From contig JAZKDQ010000013.1 of NCBI GenBank assembly GCA_040387495.1, positions 21,289 to 85,288 on the forward strand: a stretch of DNA of 64,000 nt, in the 5' to 3' direction. The position numbers and the translations under genes are program-made. Origin of the DNA: Pseudomonadota bacterium. Its GTDB lineage: Bacteria; Pseudomonadota; Alphaproteobacteria; Paracaedibacterales; CAIOTO01. The notes below the pieces were generated by a model. The model did not search any database and was not told the DNA's origin. It saw nothing but the letters and a program-made list of their open reading frames with translations. The first letter of the stretch is position 1. Each line of letters begins with the position of its first letter. Shown piece after piece: positions 58,251 to 64,000 of the stretch.

Positions 58251-58330
58251 GTAAACATACTACTTGCGATGTGCTAATCAATAATGGTACAAAAAGCAAA
58301 TCACCTCAATAATTAAAAAAGTATATTCAT

Positions 58331-59221
58331 TTGTTACAAATACGACTTTTCTTTTTGTTTTTTACTGCTTTGTTTCTAACAAGCTGCACACAACATTCAA
58401 GCAATCAAACATCAGTTACGGGTGTGTGCCGTAGCTGCAAACCTTATTACGAACGAGGGTCTTGGCATTACCCGCAAAAATTTTATGAATACTCTGAAGA
58501 AGGGTTGGCATCCTGGTATGGGCCTGGATTTCACGGTAAGAAAAAGGCATCAGGCGAACGTTTTGATCAACACGTTATGACTGCCGCGCATAAAACACTA
58601 CCACTTCCTACGATTGTTCGCGTGACCAATCTCAAAAACGGAAAATCGACTGTCGTCTTAGTCGATGACCGAGGCCCTTATGTATATAGCGGGCGGATTA
58701 TTGACCTTTCAATGGGTGCTGCAAAAGCAATTGGTTGCTATCAAAATGGGCTTGCCCGCGTCCGTGTAGAATCATTAGTCGAAGATAGCAAGGCATTGTC
58801 TGATTATTTACATAAACACCGCATGGGTAAAGAACACTTGAAACGTACATGGCTTCAAATTTATGATCAAGAAATCAAAGGTAAATATTTAGGAACGCCG
58901 CAGCGGATAAAGGAAGAAACTAACTTAGAGCAAGTGGCACAAAAGAAGGATCCAAAGAAACAAAAACAGGCTCACACGAAGCTCATAAAAGCAATAGAAA
59001 AGGTCGAGCAGAAGCCATACGTTATTAACGTAAGAGAATCATTTTCAAGCAAAGCAAGCGCAGATGCTTTTGCCAAGAAATTGCAATCAAAATTTCCCAC
59101 ACGCGTTGTTTCGGAAAAAGGTGCAGGCGGCAAACAAGTTTGGCGCGTTCAGGCGGGTCCCTTTACAGATGAATCTAAGACAGCAATGATTCGTAAGCAG
59201 ATCAAACAATTAACGCGTTAA
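58331..59221 (+). CDS. rlpA: Septal-ring lytic transglycosylase RlpA-family lipoprotein (DPBB + SPOR), copy 1
   Basis: 296-aa ORF with a TTG start. The position equivalent to the ATG of copy 2 is ATT here. It has the lipobox LFLTSC, the DPBB core GLASWYGPGFHGKKKASGERFD...TIVRVTNLKNGKSTVVLVDDRGPY and the C-terminal SPOR KPYVINVRESFSSKASADAFAKKL...WRVQAGPF. Confidence 0.9.
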   Translation: MLQIRLFFLFFTALFLTSCTQHSSNQTSVTGVCRSCKPYYERGSWHYPQKFYEYSEEGLASWYGPGFHGKKKASGERFDQHVMTAAHKTLPLPTIVRVTNLKNGKSTVVLVDDRGPYVYSGRIIDLSMGAAKAIGCYQNGLARVRVESLVEDSKALSDYLHKHRMGKEHLKRTWLQIYDQEIKGKYLGTPQRIKEETNLEQVAQKKDPKKQKQAHTKLIKAIEKVEQKPYVINVRESFSSKASADAFAKKLQSKFPTRVVSEKGAGGKQVWRVQAGPFTDESKTAMIRKQIKQLTR

Positions 59222-59236
59222 TATATTCAAAAAATA

Positions 59237-59245
59237 TGCTATAAA
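59237..59245 (+). promoter_or_regulatory. Extended -10-like TGCTATAAA upstream of rlpA copy 2
   Basis: TGCTATAAAAG lies 42 nt before ATG 59287. The same 11-mer occurs at 62262-62272 upstream of the FNR gene. Confidence 0.3.
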
Positions 59246-59286
59246 AGTCATTAATCTACTAATGAACCAAATAATTTTAAGAGAAT

Positions 59287-60174
59287 ATGCATTTGTTACA
59301 TCTAAGATTTTTATCGCTAATCTGCATTGCCATATTCATGACAAGCTGCTCGCAATACTCAGGTGATCAAACAGAAGTTACTGGCTTGTGCCGAAGCTGT
59401 AAGCCATATTACGTGCGGGGCTCATGGCACCACCCACAAAAGTTTTATGAATATTCTGAAGAAGGGTTGGCATCGTGGTATGGACCACGTTTTCATGATA
59501 AGAAAAAGGCATCATGTGAACGTTTTGATCAGCATTCGATGAATGCAGCCCATAGAACATTGCCGCTTCCGACCATTGTTCGTGTAACAAACCTTGAAAA
59601 CGGAAAATCTGTTGTTGTCTTGGTTGATGATCGTGGGCCATATACGTACGCCGGCCGGATCATTGACCTTTCAATGGGTGCAGCAAAAGTAATTGGCTGC
59701 TATCAAAAGGGACTTGCCCGTGTGCGTGTAGAATCACTGGTAGAAGATAGCAAAGCACTGTCTGACTATTTGCATAAGCATCGCATGGGTAAAGAACACT
59801 TAAAACGTACATGGCAACAAATTTATGAACAAGAAATTAAAGGTAAATATTTAGGAACGCCGCAGCGCATAAAGGAAGAACCTCATTTAGAACCAGTAGT
59901 ACAAAAAAAGCCTCTAAAAGCTAAAGCGGCAAAAATAACAAAAGTGGCAGCTAAGAGTGACCAAAAACCATACGTTATTAACGTAAAAGAATCATTTTCA
60001 AGCAAAGCAAGTGCAGATGCTTTTGCCAAGAAATTACAATCGAAAATTCCAACGCGGGTCGTTTCAGAGAAAAATGCTAATGGAAAGCAAAGCTGGCGCG
60101 TTCAAGCGGGTCCTTTTACAGATGAGTCAAAGGCACCCTTGATTCGTAAGCAGATTAAGCAGCTGACGAGTTAG
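59287..60174 (+). CDS. rlpA: RlpA-family lipoprotein (DPBB + SPOR), copy 2
   Basis: 295-aa ORF with the lipobox IFMTSC. It is collinear with copy 1 along its entire length. Confidence 0.9.
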   Translation: MHLLHLRFLSLICIAIFMTSCSQYSGDQTEVTGLCRSCKPYYVRGSWHHPQKFYEYSEEGLASWYGPRFHDKKKASCERFDQHSMNAAHRTLPLPTIVRVTNLENGKSVVVLVDDRGPYTYAGRIIDLSMGAAKVIGCYQKGLARVRVESLVEDSKALSDYLHKHRMGKEHLKRTWQQIYEQEIKGKYLGTPQRIKEEPHLEPVVQKKPLKAKAAKITKVAAKSDQKPYVINVKESFSSKASADAFAKKLQSKIPTRVVSEKNANGKQSWRVQAGPFTDESKAPLIRKQIKQLTS

Positions 60175-60291
60175 CTATTTAATTATTTTTAATAAAAACT
60201 AAATTGATTTTTCATTAAATTTATTCAAAAATGGTAATGTGGGATATACATTTACGTATCTCTCCGCAACCAGTGAAAGGGTAAATCTATT

Positions 60292-61416
60292 ATGGGAAAA
60301 ATAATTTACACAGCAATAATCCCCTTCTTACTAAACGCTACGATAGTAACTGCTTTTGATTCTGACCTGGAATCTGACAGTGCCAAACAAAAAAACAGTA
60401 GTTTTCATTGCAAGAAATATGAACATCACGCCGCTACATTCAGCCCTGGCGCAGCTTCTGCTTACAACGACCTTCATAGCTCAGTTTTAGATAGTTTAAG
60501 TTCGCCAGAAAACGATAGTCCCACGCAACAAAGTGATGATGACACAACACCTAAAACTACGAATTCTTCAAGTGAAATCGATTCGCCTGATTCACGTGAT
60601 GATTTAAAAGATTTAGCCCGATTGATAGGATGGCGTACTAAGGAGAACCATACTGCAGATGATGATATTCCTGATCCCGTAGAATGCGATGAACACCCAT
60701 TATTTATGTCATGTGCAAACTTGCTTAAGACATATATGAAAAAGAAACGCTCTGCTTATACCGAAGAGGAAAAAGCTAATTTTCAGCTTGCTTTAACTCA
60801 AATTGCTGAAGTTTTTAAATCAATCATTCCTACAGAGCGTTGTAAAATAGCACAACAACTAAATATTTTAGCAATGTTCAAGGGTGAATTAACATTTGTC
60901 AAAACCAAAGGAAAAGGAAGAAGTAAAACTCATGAAGAAGTCAGAAGCACACTAGCGAATAGATTTAGAATAGGAAAAAATCGTCAAAATCCCATGCAAA
61001 TGCAATGTGCACAAATAGAAAGCGGAGTGACAACCTCTGAAGAAGCAGCTTTTACACTTTATGATGCATGGGAAAAAGAAGGGGTGCTCGACAAAAGGGT
61101 TAAGTCATGCAAACGACGCTTAAAGAGTAATGGTTTTTATCGATATCAATGGCCAGAATATGAACTTATAGACCTACTTACCTATCGTGCTGACAATCCA
61201 CGTATAGTAAAAAAATCAAATTACACTGAAAATAAAATTAGGAGGTTTTGTAAAAGAATCAGTAAAAAGGGACGAAATAAAAACCAATACATCGAGAATG
61301 TAGCACTTTTAATTGCTGCAGAATGGAAAAGTCAAGGTGAACTTAATGAAGCAATTGCAGAATGTGCAGAGATAGTTGCGGAGGCTAAGTTGTGGCTGGC
61401 AACTTGTGATGCTTAA
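60292..61416 (+). CDS. Secreted protein of unknown function (shares its leader with 61559-62191)
   Basis: 374-aa ORF with leader MGKIIYTAIIPFLLNATIVTAFDSD. The N-terminal third is acidic and S/D-rich, and the C-terminal half is basic and helical. Confidence 0.6.
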   Translation: MGKIIYTAIIPFLLNATIVTAFDSDLESDSAKQKNSSFHCKKYEHHAATFSPGAASAYNDLHSSVLDSLSSPENDSPTQQSDDDTTPKTTNSSSEIDSPDSRDDLKDLARLIGWRTKENHTADDDIPDPVECDEHPLFMSCANLLKTYMKKKRSAYTEEEKANFQLALTQIAEVFKSIIPTERCKIAQQLNILAMFKGELTFVKTKGKGRSKTHEEVRSTLANRFRIGKNRQNPMQMQCAQIESGVTTSEEAAFTLYDAWEKEGVLDKRVKSCKRRLKSNGFYRYQWPEYELIDLLTYRADNPRIVKKSNYTENKIRRFCKRISKKGRNKNQYIENVALLIAAEWKSQGELNEAIAECAEIVAEAKLWLATCDA

Positions 61417-61558
61417 ATCAATGCGCTAAAAACTCTATGAATACGGTTAACAAATAGCATTAAAATTAATCAATTGCTTTTATCCTAATTTTATCTAAAA
61501 ATAGTTGTTACGAGCGTTCATGTTTTGAGCTCTCCTTACAATCTATGAAGGGAATATT

Positions 61559-62191
61559 ATGCATAAGTTAATTTATACAGCCGCAATTTCACTATTAATA
61601 AGCCCTATAATGGCTAGTGAATTTGATGTTGATTCAAACAGCAATCATGTTCGTTTAAGGAATGATGAACAAAAATTTGAGGAAAGTTCAAGTCTATTAG
61701 CTGATCCTGTTAACGTTAAAAAGAAAAAAAGAGATAGGAGAGTTAAAAACAGCGAAAGAGGTGAGAAAATTACTCAATTAGATTTGCATGAACCAGCAGA
61801 GCGCATTATTTATAATGAGAATGCGAGAGACAAATCTAAAAGCAAAAAAAATAATAGGATCAACAACAAAAATAGATATTTAATAAGAAAGGCAAACAAT
61901 AATAGTAAAGAAATGTACTTGTCGAAACAACCTAACAAAGAATCTGACAATAATTATGAAACATTGGAAAGCGATATTGAAATACTAGATGAAGTGAGTT
62001 TCCAAGGCTACACATGGGAAGAAGAATTTGATGAAGCAGAAAACGACACATATTCACAAACACTAAATGGGTCTGATGATTCACAAGACAGGTTTTATGT
62101 TGCATATGATGATTCGGATGAAGAACTATCTATTATAAATGAAGGCAGAAGTAACAATGAAAAGCAAGAAAGTGATGCTATTAGTGTATAA
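61559..62191 (+). CDS. Secreted protein of unknown function (shares its leader with 60292-61416)
   Basis: 210-aa ORF with leader MHKLIYTAAISLLISPIMASEFDVD. The middle is strongly basic (K/R/N-rich) and the C-terminus is acidic. Confidence 0.6.
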   Translation: MHKLIYTAAISLLISPIMASEFDVDSNSNHVRLRNDEQKFEESSSLLADPVNVKKKKRDRRVKNSERGEKITQLDLHEPAERIIYNENARDKSKSKKNNRINNKNRYLIRKANNNSKEMYLSKQPNKESDNNYETLESDIEILDEVSFQGYTWEEEFDEAENDTYSQTLNGSDDSQDRFYVAYDDSDEELSIINEGRSNNEKQESDAISV

Positions 62192-62214
62192 GTTGTAACA
62201 GGCACGTGTAGCTG

Positions 62215-62240
62215 AAGGGGGAGCTCAAGCTCCCTTTTTC
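62215..62240 (+). terminator. Rho-independent terminator
   Basis: GGGAGC (62219-62224), loop TCAA, GCTCCC (62229-62234), then TTTTT. Confidence 0.65.
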
Positions 62241-62261
62241 ATTTTATAATCATTTAAAAAG

Positions 62262-62270
62262 TGCTATAAA
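62262..62270 (+). promoter_or_regulatory. Extended -10-like TGCTATAAA upstream of 62305-63321
   Basis: TGCTATAAAAG lies 35 nt before ATG 62305, directly after the terminator. Confidence 0.3.
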
Positions 62271-62304
62271 AGCCCAATATATTGAATATAAAATCGAGAC
62301 TATC

Positions 62305-63321
62305 ATGATCTTAGAAACTGATGTTGTTATCATCGGCGCTGGCCCTGTTGGGCTTTTTGCTATTTTTGAATGCGGCATGCTCAAATTAAAATGCCATGTG
62401 TTTGACGCACTGGATGCAACCGGCGGGCAATGCGCAGCACTTTATCCTGAGAAACCCATTTATGATATTCCAGCACACCCTCAAATTGCAGGCGCTGATT
62501 TGGCGGCGAATTTATTGGCACAGGCAGAACCGTTTCATCCCGTGTTTCATCTTGGCGAACAGGTCGCAAGGCTCGAGGCATTAAATGACACGGGCACGGC
62601 GTTTGAGATCGAAGGCTCAAATGGTACTGTTGTTCGTTGCAAATGCATTATTATCGCCGCTGGGGTTGGCGCTTTTGGTCCTAATCGTCCACCATTAGAT
62701 GGAATTGAAGCGTTCGAAGGATCTAGTGTTCATTACTATGTAAAGTCACGTGAAATATACCGTGATAAGCACGTTGTCATTGCAGGTGGTGGCGATTCAG
62801 CCGTTGACTGGGCACTATCATTATCTGAAATTGCTGCTTCTGTTTCTGTGGTACATCGCCGTGCAAAATTCCGCGCCGCTCCAGAAAGTGAAGCAAAATT
62901 AAAAACGCTCTCAGAAGAAGGTAAAATCAAGCTCGTTGCACCCTATCAACTTGCATCATTGACAGGTAATGACGGCCTACTTACACACGTTGGTGTTGAA
63001 ACGCTTGATGGAGAGAAAGAACAATTAAAAGCCGATTATCTGCTTGCATTCTTTGGTCTCTCCATGAATCTAGGCCCTATAACAGAATGGGAACTTGGCC
63101 TTACAAATCACCACATTTCAATTGACCCTATGACGGGCGCAACCAACCGCCTGGGTATTTACTCCATTGGTGATGTGGCTACTTATCCACATAAATTAAA
63201 ATTAATTTTGACAGGATTTGCTGAGGCTGCTCAGGCTGCACATGCCATTCGTGCGCATTTGTACCCAGATGAAATTATCCATTTTGAATACTCAACAACA
63301 AAGGGTGCGCCGGGCGCATAA
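62305..63321 (+). CDS. Ferredoxin--NADP+ reductase, thioredoxin-reductase-like type
   Basis: 338-aa ORF with DVVIIGAGPVGLFA, GGQCAALYPEKPIYDIP, VVIAGGGDSAVDWA, HRRAKFRA and GDVATYP. Confidence 0.9.
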   Translation: MILETDVVIIGAGPVGLFAIFECGMLKLKCHVFDALDATGGQCAALYPEKPIYDIPAHPQIAGADLAANLLAQAEPFHPVFHLGEQVARLEALNDTGTAFEIEGSNGTVVRCKCIIIAAGVGAFGPNRPPLDGIEAFEGSSVHYYVKSREIYRDKHVVIAGGGDSAVDWALSLSEIAASVSVVHRRAKFRAAPESEAKLKTLSEEGKIKLVAPYQLASLTGNDGLLTHVGVETLDGEKEQLKADYLLAFFGLSMNLGPITEWELGLTNHHISIDPMTGATNRLGIYSIGDVATYPHKLKLILTGFAEAAQAAHAIRAHLYPDEIIHFEYSTTKGAPGA

Positions 63322-63343
63322 GTGCCTCTCCCTACCCCATACT

Positions 63344-63396
63344 GTCATCCTCACGTTCCAGATAACTCCCTCTCAGAGGGCCAATAATGAAATGAC
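63344..63396. repeat. Short MITE-like element / hairpin between convergent genes
   Basis: The termini are gtcatcctcacg ... gaaatgac, with an internal CCCTC-TCA-GAGGG hairpin. The ends resemble those of the longer family members. It may also act as a bidirectional terminator. Confidence 0.45.
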
Positions 63397-63410
63397 TACA
63401 CGATTGAAAT

Positions 63411-63644
63411 TTACTTTTTCTCGCCTGAAAGCTGATGTAACAGCTGATCCTTATAATAATTCAATGCATAAACACGCAGATGGCTCGCTAGATTAGTATC
63501 TTTTCGATGAGAGTCTTGATAGGCAATAAAATCAACAAATGTCAGTTTTTGGGCTGCTGAAATTTCTGCAAGTGATTCCCAGAACTCTTTTTCAAGCGCA
63601 AGACTTGTATTGTGGCCAAACAAACGTATTGATTTTTTATGCAT
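63411..63644 (-). CDS. Ribbon-helix-helix (RHH_4-like) domain protein
   Basis: MHKKSIRLFGHNTSLALEKEFWESLAEISAAQKLTFVDFIAYQDSHRKDTNLASHLRVYAL fits the alphaproteobacterial RHH_4 pattern (S.R..GH.TS..LE..FW..L..IA......L...I.......NL.S.LRV..L). The internal ATG 63644 is preferred to the 119-aa track ORF. Confidence 0.72.
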   Translation of the reverse strand: MHKKSIRLFGHNTSLALEKEFWESLAEISAAQKLTFVDFIAYQDSHRKDTNLASHLRVYALNYYKDQLLHQLSGEKK

Positions 63645-64000
63645 AATTATACTGAAATTACAACTAATAGTATCTCTAATGTTGTAGTGTACAATGCCTA
63701 ATAAAAAGAACCAACCTGAAAAATTATTAAATAGCCCGTTCGCAGATGAATTAATTGCAACTGTGGTCAATTGTTAATGCAAAATCACTTTTCTTAGCCA
63801 CATCAACGTATGTGAATACGCATTTATGGCTGGTTGCCTGACTAAGTTGATCACTATGACTTTATATTCTTTATTGTCGAATTGTGTATGTGTTTATATG
63901 TTAAAAAGGGCAACACTTTCATTCACGATGGGTGTAAATAAACTACAATAATCTATCATAAAAATATCAATAGTTATTTACAAACTATGATAAATTACGC

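Larger units (their letters stand above)
56394..58291 (-). mobile_element. Disrupted IS6-family element: candidate terminal inverted repeats enclosing split transposase remnants and a nested + strand gene
   Basis: The left end ggcaccattatgcc (56394-56407) and right end tcaataatggtaca (58278-58291) are inverted, with a perfect 8-bp core (ACCATTAT / ATAATGGT). The left end begins GGCAC as in IS26-type IRs. The transposase C-terminal part lies at 56401-56859 and a possible N-terminal HTH part at 58038-58250. The span is 1898 bp, against ~0.8 kb for intact IS6 members. Confidence 0.4.

Overview
This 64-kb window appears to come from an AT-rich alphaproteobacterium with the hallmarks of an intracellular, protist- or amoeba-associated lifestyle (Rickettsiales/Holosporales-like). 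That placement is an inference from MucR/Ros, RHH_4, a TrxR-type FNR, a PleC-like kinase, ProP-type MFS transporters and ankyrin/LRR/patatin genes. About 30 conserved housekeeping genes occur as short operon fragments: murG-murC-murB, thrS, fabD, rlmE, cvpA, lolC/E, petA, tRNA-Ser(UGA), a YebC-family gene, parE, HIT, nuoC-nuoD, pepA, ubiG, an MPG-type glycosylase, lysC, an NMO/FabK-type oxidoreductase, a PAS histidine kinase, two MFS transporters, two rlpA genes and FNR. They are interleaved with about 15 visibly more AT-rich orphan genes. Nearly all of these carry N-terminal hydrophobic leaders: an autotransporter, barrel-less cadherin-like adhesin fragments, and ankyrin, LRR-like, helical-repeat and coiled-coil proteins. 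Main observations: (1) Two single-gene insertions are bracketed by a decayed direct duplicate of the 3' end of the adjacent housekeeping gene (murB and parE). This is part of a wider pattern in which + strand accessory genes dock against the stop codon of - strand core genes. (2) The parE-docked cassette encodes an AAA ATPase fused to a PD-(D/E)xK-like domain, behind an array of five alternating ATGGTGA half-sites. (3) A MITE-like palindromic repeat family (GTCATYRCGAG...GGCGTGGYAATCYAG arms) has at least 7 copies in intergenic DNA. (4) An IS6-like element with recognisable inverted repeats appears to carry a nested, A8-frameshifted ankyrin-like secreted gene. (5) The rlpA genes are tandem copies that both look selectively maintained. 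(6) There are several small paralogous secreted-protein families. (7) An IS-flanked islet encodes a zinc-site-variant MucR and a ProQ/FinO protein. No CRISPR array, rRNA or intact transposase/integrase was seen. All homology calls come from reading the translations by eye; no database search was possible.
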